DNA of 64,000 bases from Squalus acanthias (taxonomy: Eukaryota). Numbering within the stretch: the first letter of the stretch is position 1; every line of letters starts with the position of its first letter. A program made the position numbers and the translations under genes. Below the pieces are notes generated by a model. That model was given only the letters and a program-made list of their open reading frames with translations. It was not told the DNA's origin and made no database searches. The stretch covers positions 65,040,001-65,104,000 of the forward strand of contig CM059432.1 of assembly GCA_030390025.1 (NCBI GenBank), in the 5' to 3' direction. Positions 12,988 to 23,700 of this stretch are shown in pieces.

Positions 12988-15900
12988 TCGGCCGCGCATT
13001 ATACACAACGCCTGATAGTCAGTTCCATAATGGAACTGAGATCAATTCCAAGGCCCACATCTCTGTGGATAGGTCAGAGTTGCCTACAACATATTTTCTG
13101 AAGAATCGTCTCGTCTCAAATGTACAATCAGAGGTCCCTTTCGTGAGAAGCCTCATCAGTTGAATCAATATCAGGCTGAAGAAAATTAACATTTCCTTCA
13201 ACAGCTTGACATACAGCAAACATACTCAGATTCTCAAAATCCATGCAAAGGAACTATCTGGTATCCTGCAGCTCTTTCAACCGTGCTGTGAACCAGTGTT
13301 TCCCTATTTAATTGAAAAGCAACATATATTATGTCAAAAACCAAAATACTGCAAATGCTGGAAATATGAAATAAAAACAGAAAATGCTAGAGACACTCAG
13401 TGGGTCAGGCAGCAACCATTGAGAAAACATGGGTCAGTTGCCATTTCAGGAATGAACCCATCCTCAACTGAAAAGTATTATGGATGAACAGCACTTAAGA
13501 AGGAACAGAACAAGGGAACACACAAACATACAAAATTGACAGGCAGGAAAAGACCAGCTGGTCCAACAAACCTGCCCAACACTATGATGGCCAGAGCATC
13601 ATGACTAAACACTTCTTCCCTCCCCTCCACCTTTCTCCTCCCTGCCCCACCGCTCCCCCACCCCCACAGCCATGTAATCTCTTGGGAGAGGCAATGAACA
13701 AGAGAAAAAATCCAGGGCCAATAAGGGGAAAAATACTCTAGAAAATTCTTCTCCGACCCCACACTCAGGAAAAGACATAGAATGACCTGTAGAGTGCTAC
13801 GGTGGGGGTCAAGAAATGGTTAAAGGACAGAAGTGATATGGAGACAAAAAAAGGCCTAATGAGAGAAATTTTAAAAAGACATATGCGATACACTGATAGT
13901 GTGAGAAGAGCTAAAGGGGAATAAATAGATAAGTGGAACGGGAAGCATGAAAAATTGGTGAAATGGAACAGGCTCCAGAAGCCCAGGAGTGTGGTGGAAG
14001 AAAAAAGTGGGTCAACATCAAGGCGCAAATCAAACGGATCATACATAAACTGTACCATGGCTCATCAAAGCAGCTGGATATTAAATCAGCTCACATCCCT
14101 AATTGAATGAGATACTCTGCATCATTAGTCGAAAAGCAGAAATGTACAAGTACAATTTTCCAATGGACGGGGTCCCCACCCCTAGAAACAACTCGTTCGC
14201 CTTCCCTATCCCCAGAAATGCAGTAACACCCAACAAAAATGCCAGCACCTACTGCCAAAGAGAAAATAGGAGCTGTGGTTAAAGTCTGAAGCTGTTAAAG
14301 TCAATGGCCGGAATTTTCCTGACTTGGGCGAGTCCGGTGCCGGTGGCCGCCATGGCGGGTCACGACCCTGTTGCTGGCGCCATCCCGCTCCACACAACGA
14401 CTTTCCCATAATGGGGCCTATTAAGCCCATCCTGCGCGTTACCTGGCCCAATGAAACGGTGCGGGTCTGGTGACGTCATTAATGACGCGTTTTCAGCCGG
14501 GGTATTTAAAGGAGCCATGGCCACATTACATTTGAAGGTTCATCTAGGAGTGTGCAGGCATCACACTGGAGGATTTCATTTCTCCAAACAGTTGGAAAGA
14601 TGGCTGAACAGAACCAGAGGGCTGCATCCAGATTCTCCGATAACTCCCTCCATATACTTGTGGAGGGAGTCAGAGCATGCAGGGAGGTCCTCTTCCCTGC
14701 TGATGGGAGGAAGAGACCTCCCCAGCAGACCAAAGGCGCCTGGCTCCAAATAGCAGAGGAGGTGAATAGCAGGGATGTCATCAGGAGGACCTTGGTGCAG
14801 TGCCGCAAACACTTTAACGATCTCGATAGATCAGGAAAGGTGAGTACAAACCACACTCACCTTCATCCTGCTGTGCCTCTCATCACATTCTCATCACTCT
14901 GCCTTCCCAATGCTACTCCTGCACATCCTTACTCACACCAACATACCTTGCACCTCCACCCATCTCTCTCTCTCTATCTACATTATCACATCCCCATCTT
15001 ACTAACCACCCCTCACAATCAGCCTCATCCTCATGCAATCATACCAACTCACAACACAAAAGGGAGCCACTTGGAATTGCCACCCCACTCCATCATAGTC
15101 ACCTTCTAAAGATCTAACCCATCCATTCCTTATACTCATTCCATCACTCTCACTCAACCGTCTGACTTTCTCTCCTTGCAGGAAAAGAGAGCCCACGATA
15201 AGAGGGAGAGGGAGAGAACTGGTATGGAACCCCATCAATGGCCACCCTGACCACAGCAGAGGAGGCTGCGCTAGAGCTGGCGGGAGTCACCGAGCACCTG
15301 AAGGTGGGAGACAGAGAGAAGGGGATATCTCAGCAACCTGGTGACAGATTTACATATCATACAGCTACATGGCATACATCAATCACTCATATATGGGGGT
15401 TGATGTCAGCAGCCATTGAATGTTCATTATGTGCATAATGGTATTTGTACCCACTCTACAAATGACATATCTAACTCATCTCTTTACTCTCCCACAGGTC
15501 CATCAAGAGCCCCCACCACTTTCCAGGTGCAAGAAGAAGACGACTCCTCAGAGGAGCCTCCAGCCATTGAGGGCGTACCGTCACCAGACAGAAGAACACC
15601 CAGCACCAGCGCAAATACACCTTGGTACATCCCTCACGAGATAGAGTACTGTTGTCGCCTGGTATGTCACAAATCACAACCGAGCAACAGCAGATGGTGG
15701 AGACAGGGACAGCAGTGCAGACTCCTCGTCGGAGGGCGCAGGATGCACCCAGCTCTGCTCAGCTGCATGCAGACGCTGAGCCTCGGGGGCCATCCAGAAA
15801 AGAGGGCGTTCCTGGAGCTGCAGTAATAAGTGCAGGAGACTCTGACAGGTTTTGTGAGTGCAATGACTGCCAGTGTTCAGAGAATGGAGGATTTCATCTC

Positions 15901-16063
15901 CAACATGAGCACCACCATGTTGCAGGTGATGGTAACTGTAGGCTCTTCCATGGATAGGATGGCCACCTGCATGGAGCAGCTAATGCGCCACTCAGAGGAG
16001 CACATGCTATCTATGCAGAATAGATGGCTATCCATGGAGGATAGATGGCTATCTATGGACAAT

Positions 16064-17698
16064 TGTAAGGGGTGACCTGCGGCTCTGTGCTTAGCCTGGG
16101 TGCTAGTGCGGGGTTAGGCCTTGTTGCCTGTTCTGGTCTCCAGCCAGCCTGGTAACACTAGACACCTGTGAGTGGTTCGACCCACTCGCCCTTACGGTTC
16201 TGACACTGGACTTAGGTGCGAGAGCAATAATGCAGAGAAAACTCAGGTAGACCCGGTTGAATAGTGCGAAATGGAAAATCTTTATTGCATATTATTCAAG
16301 ATTACGAGATACATGTCATAAGCACAGATTAATGACAGTACAATCTTACACACAGTTATGAAACTAATTTTAGGGAAACGAGGAGCGCACGACACATCGT
16401 AAAAGGGGACACACATTATAATTATCCTTAAAACTTAAACCCTCCCCTATCAATACCTGTCCTAATCTAGATTTGTAGGATCGAGACTCATGCTCACCAC
16501 TCGTGATAACTCGGAGAATTCCGAAACTCTGCTCGGATGTTTTTACCGCAGCACCTGACTATCCACATGTTGATCAGGGGTCTCTGTACCCCACTTGTTT
16601 ACTCGTTTCTGCTCCGGCTAGCAGGCTGGACCGTCTGCTGTCATGAAGATCTGTGTTGCCCTCGGAGTTCTGATACTACTCAAAAAAGAGTCTTCCTGTG
16701 CCCTACACCGGTTCGATAGAACTCGAAGAAGGGTCTTCCTGGGCCAGTTGTGGAGTAGCCGATAGAATTCAAAGAAGTGTTTATTCGACTTACAGGCGCG
16801 GTCGGGGCTTACTGACCGTGGCGATGCATATTGTCGTCTTCTTCTCTTCTCATCTCATCTCATCTCATCTCATCTCCTCTCGGGCCTTCGGTTCCAACAC
16901 CGTTTACCAACCCCTCGGGATGGTGCGCCCGCTTCCAGGCCTCACAGCCCAGTTCTCCACAGATCTTCGCGGCAAGCCACGAGGTTGATCCTAGCGGATC
17001 AGAGTCCAGAGCCATCAGGCAAGAGAATAAAAGTTCAGCAGTCTTCCAGCGAGTCAAAGCAGCAAGAGAAAGATGGACGGCTGTACTTTACAGTTATAGT
17101 GCTGTAATTCCTCTTTTCCCGCCCAATCTTAATGTCTATCTTTTGTCAGGGTTTTGGCGCTCAAACTTCTTGTATGGGGTGATCTCAGTCTTTAATGGGT
17201 TTCGGTGACACTTGTAACTGTCTGAGTACCCGTTAATATTTCTCCCATTGTGGAACCGGCTAGTAGTCTCCCTGGAGGGGTTTTGGGGCTTCCAAATGCT
17301 TGCTGTGAGTACCCGCAAACGGCTCTCTCATCGTAGAGTCATGGGGATTTTGCATATTAATGTCTTTGGATGGGTCCTTGATCGCTCAGTACAATAGCCC
17401 TTGTTTGCACCTGGGAGACCGATTTCAGTATTCATGTTTAAAGTGTAAACCCATCGCGTTTTGTCATTATCTCATCATGTTGGATCTTTTCGATCTTGCA
17501 CAAATGTTTATTGGAACGCCATCTTGTCTGCCTACTGAAAGTCTAGAACTTTCTGCCACGAGGCGTGGCGGCCATTTTACAGGCTGTTTGTGTCCGTTTT
17601 GAAACCTGACAGCATTCTGCTGAAATAAAGCTGTTTATACGAAACTACATGTCTCCTTCTTATTTTTATAAAATCGCGATAATTTTGCGAATTCTACA
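16064..17698 (-). repeat. 3' LTR (1635 bp)
   Basis: Direct repeat of 27106-28734 with about 13 substitutions and one 6-bp indel by manual comparison. Confidence 0.97.
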
Positions 17699-17710
17699 GT
17701 CCCTCCTGTT
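17699..17710 (-). promoter_or_regulatory. Polypurine tract
   Basis: The minus strand reads AACAGGAGGGAC immediately before the TGTAG that starts the 3' LTR. Confidence 0.75.
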
Positions 17711-18141
17711 GATGCGAATAACTCCGCTTATCGTATCAAAAACATTGTGGTGAGCAATATTATCTCGATTCTCCATATCTAAAATTCCCATAACTTAAAA
17801 CTATCTAGGGTCTCCGTGTTGTCCTTATTTCCCAGGAAAACTACATTCTTATAACACCGTAGGCAGCATTTGCCTTTAACTTACACCGCGTGTATTTCCT
17901 TCCAGGTGTAACCAGGCCGATGCCTCTCGCACCACCTGCATATGCATATTTTTTATTCAAGGAAAAAGAAAACAAAAACAACCAAACAATCATATTCAAC
18001 AACACCAAATCAAAATAATCAAAACCAACTCTTAAATATGTAGAGTTCCAAACTTAATTACAGTTTCTGAGAAAAGTCACGATCGATTACAACAATTCCG
18101 AGGCGCACGTGGAAAAACTGGAGTGACGCCATTTTGTCCGT

Positions 18142-20652
18142 TTACGCGGTGCTTTCATCGTGCACGCGCACGTAACGTTCTCGCCACTCTCCCGTGTTTT
18201 CGTTCTTGGTGAGGCGTTTGCCTCTCTTACAATGCACGACCAATAAGTATATCACAATAAACACTTGGCATACAACTAAAATGTGGGAGGCTATTCTAAT
18301 CCAGGAAGGCACTTCAATATTGGTGAACAGGTCCCACCACGGTGGAATTACGATGTCCAGAATTTCTGTCCCTATCTCGACAGTCTTTTGTTCTAGGGTG
18401 TAAAAATGTTTTTGCGATACCGCGACGGCTTTCAAAAGCTTGGTGAGGTGTTCAGGGAGAGGGGGAATGAGGTATCCGAAATGCGCGACGAATCGCTGCA
18501 AGTCGGTGAAGTTCTCTTTTACTGTAAGATGAACAGTGGATGGTTCAGGGATCAGGACAATTCGCTGTTGTGCCACTTGAACTTCCGCCCTGGGTTTAAA
18601 ACAGAAACTGCTGTCACTCACCGGACACCGGCTACGGTTTCCATGCTGGTAGTGTTGCGCTGCAGTGGTAACACAATATGTTCCACCCCCGATGTATGCT
18701 ACCTGCGGAGGCACATGATCTTGCGCCATTGCCTCCATGGTGCAATTCATGGGCTTGGCGCCAGCCGTTCTGAACCCGCACTGTGGTGTTAAAAAGGCAT
18801 TCAAGTGCTGGGGACACAGTATTATGTGTGCTCCCCGGCCACGACAACCAGAGAGATCTGTACCTGTCATCGTTTGCTCCCAGCGGATGACGTAAAGTGG
18901 AACCGCTGCATAGCGAATGTGGGCTCCCCCCTGAATGACACCAATGTTCTCTACCCGATACACCGGGGCGGGCTTTGCTGTGTCGCCCAAAACCGGCATA
19001 CGTAAAACTACACCCATAATGGTGTGGTTTGATCGTCCGCAGTCCACGGGGACTGGGTATGCTTCTGAAGCTAGCCTGAGCTGGCACGGACTTAATGCGT
19101 TCTGAAAAGGGTGGAGTGCCTGCAGGTGTTTGTTACTTATCCAGGACGGGACCAAACCTTGTTTTAAATCCTCCAAATTACTGCGGCCCTCGCCCAGTAA
19201 CCACGCCCCGTAAAGCACGCATACCTCATTCTGCGCAGTCTGATCGGACGCATTCCGATCTTCCCTAATCAGGGCATTTACCGTACGCGCATGTTTCTCT
19301 AGTTCAGCTATTATTTCTTTTAAATGGAGAGTCATGGCCTGGTCCTCATGTAACCCAGACCCAACCACCTTATTTTCATCTGTGAGAATGTTCTTCAATT
19401 GTGTTTTTAAGCCATTAATCTGGGTCTGCAGCTCCACGCTGTCTAGAGCGTTGACCACAGATGTACCTGTATTGAAAGCAGTGAACATGTCGTTCACCAC
19501 ACCCCTTCTTTGTCTCCCTACCTGACCCAAAACTTCATGTGGTGCGGTGTACAAACTTGTTTTATCAATTTCCGCGAAATCGAACTCATAAAATTGCCTA
19601 AACATCTTGGTCAACAGGACCTGATATAACTGTTCCGTCTCTTTGGGGCACCACTCTGGCAACCGCACCTCGGTGAGGTTTAAAATCACTGAGGCCACCG
19701 CGTAATGTATCCCCTGAAATAGTATCTGGTCTGTAGGGACCAATACCAAACCATTCCCGGGTCCCTTACTGGTTTTTGGGCACCCGTTTTCCTGAGCCAG
19801 AACCACCGGAATCGTGGGCGGGGCCTTGTGTGGGCGCGTAACGAGTTCAGTGGCGTTTACCGGGATCGGAGAGTATGGGGCCCCGCACCCCCTGGTGCTT
19901 ACATCCCACCTCATCCCCTGCCCGTTATCCTGCCACTGATTCACGAAAAATATGGATATGCCTTTGGGGCAAACGTGCTTTGACCCCCACATACATACAT
20001 AAATTCCCTCATCCGGTTCCCACCATTTGTCCCAACAGACTCTCACTTGTCCGTTTGTCCCCGTAATTGTCCGATGGGTGTTATTACCCAGTCGCTCCCA
20101 CTCGACCGAAGAGTTCCTCATGTTTTTGCTCAGCTTTCGCAGCCACCACCATCGGCTCAATGGGACATTCCCATTACAAGTCAAACAAATCCGTTTGCCG
20201 ACGGTGACGCTGACTCTGGGTGCGATGATCCTCACTTTGGGGCACATTAAAGAAGTCTCTTTGTAGGCAAAACCCGATGTACTGGAATACTCAGTGGAAT
20301 TCGTTCCCAGCCATCCTGGCCACCTTCCCTTGTGGAAATAGGTGGCGGTCTCCTCAGCCTCTCGCCTTCCGGTCCCATCCACCGCGATGGGGGCCGTGTC
20401 CCCGGAGCATCCAAATACCACGACATCCTTGGTGCGGCCTCGATAGGCCAGTCCACATCCGATTGCCGCGAGCACTACCAGAATCCGTTCCATCCTTCCT
20501 TGGTTCCTGTGATCAGATAGAATGAGGTAGCCAGCCTCCCAAGAGTCTCTGGCTTTTGTGAAGGGTGAGCGGGTCCCCTGACCTCGCCTCACGTAAGAAG
20601 ACATGTGCGCTGGATAGACTTTAACTATTCCTATCTCTAAAACTCCCATCAT
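18142..20652 (-). CDS. env: Intact envelope glycoprotein: signal peptide, Ig-like domain, F-like class I fusion protein, TM (probable start ATG 20493, 783 aa)
   Basis: Signal-like MERILVVLAAIGCGLA; furin site RQRR at 19515-19504; fusion peptide GVVNDMFTAFNTGTSVV; heptad repeat; Cys-rich block; TM ILVVCQVFIVIYLLVV; short tail with YVRV; several N-glycosylation sequons. Confidence 0.9.
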   Translation of the reverse strand: MMGVLEIGIVKVYPAHMSSYVRRGQGTRSPFTKARDSWEAGYLILSDHRNQGRMERILVVLAAIGCGLAYRGRTKDVVVFGCSGDTAPIAVDGTGRREAEETATYFHKGRWPGWLGTNSTEYSSTSGFAYKETSLMCPKVRIIAPRVSVTVGKRICLTCNGNVPLSRWWWLRKLSKNMRNSSVEWERLGNNTHRTITGTNGQVRVCWDKWWEPDEGIYVCMWGSKHVCPKGISIFFVNQWQDNGQGMRWDVSTRGCGAPYSPIPVNATELVTRPHKAPPTIPVVLAQENGCPKTSKGPGNGLVLVPTDQILFQGIHYAVASVILNLTEVRLPEWCPKETEQLYQVLLTKMFRQFYEFDFAEIDKTSLYTAPHEVLGQVGRQRRGVVNDMFTAFNTGTSVVNALDSVELQTQINGLKTQLKNILTDENKVVGSGLHEDQAMTLHLKEIIAELEKHARTVNALIREDRNASDQTAQNEVCVLYGAWLLGEGRSNLEDLKQGLVPSWISNKHLQALHPFQNALSPCQLRLASEAYPVPVDCGRSNHTIMGVVLRMPVLGDTAKPAPVYRVENIGVIQGGAHIRYAAVPLYVIRWEQTMTGTDLSGCRGRGAHIILCPQHLNAFLTPQCGFRTAGAKPMNCTMEAMAQDHVPPQVAYIGGGTYCVTTAAQHYQHGNRSRCPVSDSSFCFKPRAEVQVAQQRIVLIPEPSTVHLTVKENFTDLQRFVAHFGYLIPPLPEHLTKLLKAVAVSQKHFYTLEQKTVEIGTEILDIVIPPWWDLFTNIEVPSWIRIASHILVVCQVFIVIYLLVVHCKRGKRLTKNENTGEWRERYVRVHDESTA

Positions 20653-20788
20653 TTTACCATTTTCTGTTAAAAACCTTAAACTACAAACTTAACCTGATTT
20701 AAGAAGTATAAACTTGAACTTACAAAACTTATCAACTTATCACTTATCTTATAACTGTACAGTGCCGCCCGTTCCCAGGGTGGCCTAC

Positions 20789-23700
20789 TCAAATTCTGCG
20801 GTTGCTGCCGCAGGCTTCTCCCAACGGTGGGAGGGCATTGACCCCTTCCTTTGATCTGCCGCAGCCTGTTGCTGCTGCGCTGTGACTGGGCTCTCCCTGG
20901 GCTGCCTTAGCCCTGGGCCTACGCTTAGGGACATACGGGGGACTTACCCACATCTTTCTGGGCTGGGGTTTCCGACTTGACCTACGGGGAACTACCGGGG
21001 GCAGGAACTCCAGGACTGACGGACCGGGTTCCGAGACTTCCACCGTGGCGACCTGTGGTCCCACCACAGTCGCTGGCTCCGCCTCCCCTGACTCCGCCTC
21101 CCTGAACTCAGGATCTGCAGCTTGTGGCACCGCCCTACTTGGCCCAGTAGGTGCCCCTTCACTCGCAGTCCCTACCTCCCTCGAGGGCAAGACGTTCAAG
21201 GCAGGCGGCTCGGGCTCTGAGGCTTCCATCGCCACGCCCTGTGGTCCCACCACAGCGGCTGGCTCCGCCTCCCCTAGCTCCGCCCCCCTGCGTTCGGGAC
21301 CTGCAGCTTCGGCCTCCACCCTGTGTGGATCTCTATCTGCAGCCCCTGTCTCCCCATACCTGAATCGGGGGCGACCCTTTCGTCCTCCGATTCCAGCTCC
21401 TCTTCGCTTGTGTCACTATCTTGGTCGAGCTCCTCGAACTCTTCCTCATCTGACTCCCAACCCAAATAAAGGATCCTACATTTTGCTAGGATGTCCTCTC
21501 CCCTGATGCAGGCTGCTTTGCCTGCCTGTGTGACCTGTGGCCCTACCCGGGGCTGCGAGTCCCCACTCGCAGGTTTGGCCCCTGTGGTTGGCCCTTGTGC
21601 ACCCGGCTTATACAGTTTGCACTGATTTACGTGGAACCACTTTGTGCGCCGAGGTACCTTTACGGCGTATACCATGGGACTCACCTTATCTACAATGCTG
21701 TAGGGTCCCATATACAGTGGTACCAGACTTCCTACTCTGGCATAGTTTCTGACCATGACCTGGTCTCCTACTTCCCACTCCCGCTTCTTGCGGGGTTCCA
21801 GCAACAGGAGATTGCCCTGATGCTGCCTTCCCATGTTCCCAGCCGCCTGCTCATAAACCTGCTTCAGGCGCTCCAAGAGGGTCTGGACGAACTTGTCCCT
21901 GCTTACCTCTTGGAGCTGACCCTCAGTGAGCACCGGCGCTAGCACATGGGTGGGGGTTCGCATGATCCTCCCAGTCATCACCTCGTGCGGGGAATACCCC
22001 GTACTTTTCGACTGACTGGCCCGGACCCCCATGAGGACTAAAGGCAGAACCTCCGCCCATTTTTGGGGCGAGTTCATAGTCTCTTTCCTCAATTTCTCCT
22101 TCAGGGTCCGGTTCATGCGTTCAACAATCCCGGATGACTGGGGATTGTGCGCTACGTGCCATTTCCCTTCAATGCCCAAAAGCATGAGGGTGTTCTGCAT
22201 CACCTGGCCGGTGAAATGACTCCCTTGGTCTGACTCCACAAAACGGGGGAGTCCCCACCGCGAGAACACTTCCCGGACCAAGATTTTTGCAGTACCCAGT
22301 GCCGTAGCTGTTCTACAGGGGAAGGCTTCCACCCATTTGGAAACACATCCACCAAGACGAGGCAGTATTTATAGCCTCCCTGGGTGGTGGGCAGGGGCCC
22401 TATATAGTCGATCTGTATCGACTGCCATGGTGCCTCCACCCTCCTGATGTGCCCCATGGACACTTTCCTTTTCTGGGGGTCTGGGTTGTTTGCAGCGCAC
22501 ACGAGACAGCTAGCACAGAACTCGCGGACCTGCTCCCTGAGTCCCGGCCACCATCCCGCCTGCTCTACCCGTTGCCAGGTAACCTCGGGCCCGGGGTGCC
22601 CTGCCCCCGGCCCCTCATGAGCCAACTGGAGGAATTCCCTCCTGTGCTGCTGCGGCACAACCCACTGCTCCTCGCGGAACAGCATGCCTTCCTTAACGGA
22701 GAGGGTGGCCGTACTGTACGGACCCTCTACCTGCTTGCCCTCAGCAATGGTTCTGAGAACTGCCTTTAGGGCGGGATCCTGGTTCTGGATGGTCTTAAGG
22801 TCTAGGGGCAATGCTACCCTGGTGTTCCCGGGATTCCCGTCCCTGCCCTGGATCGCTGCCACGGGTCCGGGCCCATAGGGGTCCCAGAAAATGCCGTTAC
22901 GGGCACCCTCCCTGGCTAGCGCATCCGCCTGCTGGTTGCCCTCCCCACGGGGCTCTGTGGAGGAGTGAGCCTTCACCTTATGGATGAAAATCTCCCCTTC
23001 CTCCCCTACTGCTGCTAGGATCTTTTCCAGCAAGGGCTTCACCGTTAAAGGTTGCCCGTCCGCGGAGGTGTATCCACAGCGGGACCAAATGGCCAGGTAT
23101 TCCGTACACGAATTGCATGTGAACATACTGTCCGAGCAAATCGTGTATGGGGTTGGGAAAGTTTCTGGGTGGGTAACGACGTACACCACCGCAGACAGCT
23201 CAGCCTGCTGCGCGCTCATGGTGCTGGGGAGCTTAATCGCCAGGGCAAGGTTTGCCGCAGGGTCATAAACTCCACACCCTGTGAGTCGTTCGCCAGCAGA
23301 CACTGTGCTGGAACCATCAACTTAAATCTCGCGACCTGTGGGATGTATCCCGGCCCGCAAACCTATGTTGACTTCCCACACCCCTTCCACCGAACACTGG
23401 TGGGCTGTACCGGGGTATACCAAATTGGCCACAAGCCTGGGCTCGCAAAGACATTTAATTCTAAGATCCATCTGGGAAAGGAGAAGGGTCCAGCGCGCAA
23501 TTCGAGCGCTGCTTACGGTCCCATCCTTAATCCTCCCATCTAGAAGCATCTTAGTTGGTGTGTGATGGGTGAGGAGAGTGATGGGAGAGAGCCCTGTGAA
23601 GATCGCTGATCTTTTCACAGCCCAATGTGTGGCTAAAAGATGCCTTTCGCAATTGGAGAAACTCCTCTCCACATCCGTTAACACTCTGGACGAATAGACA

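Noticed and set aside
12990..13310. Coding-looking sequence (also 45070-45310)
   Set aside because: Stops occur in the plausible frames and there is no recognisable domain or splice pair.
16537..17602. Plus-strand ORFs of 60-125 aa repeated in both LTRs
   Set aside because: Their identity follows from LTR duplication. They are low complexity (translation of the TCTCA repeat) and have no motifs.
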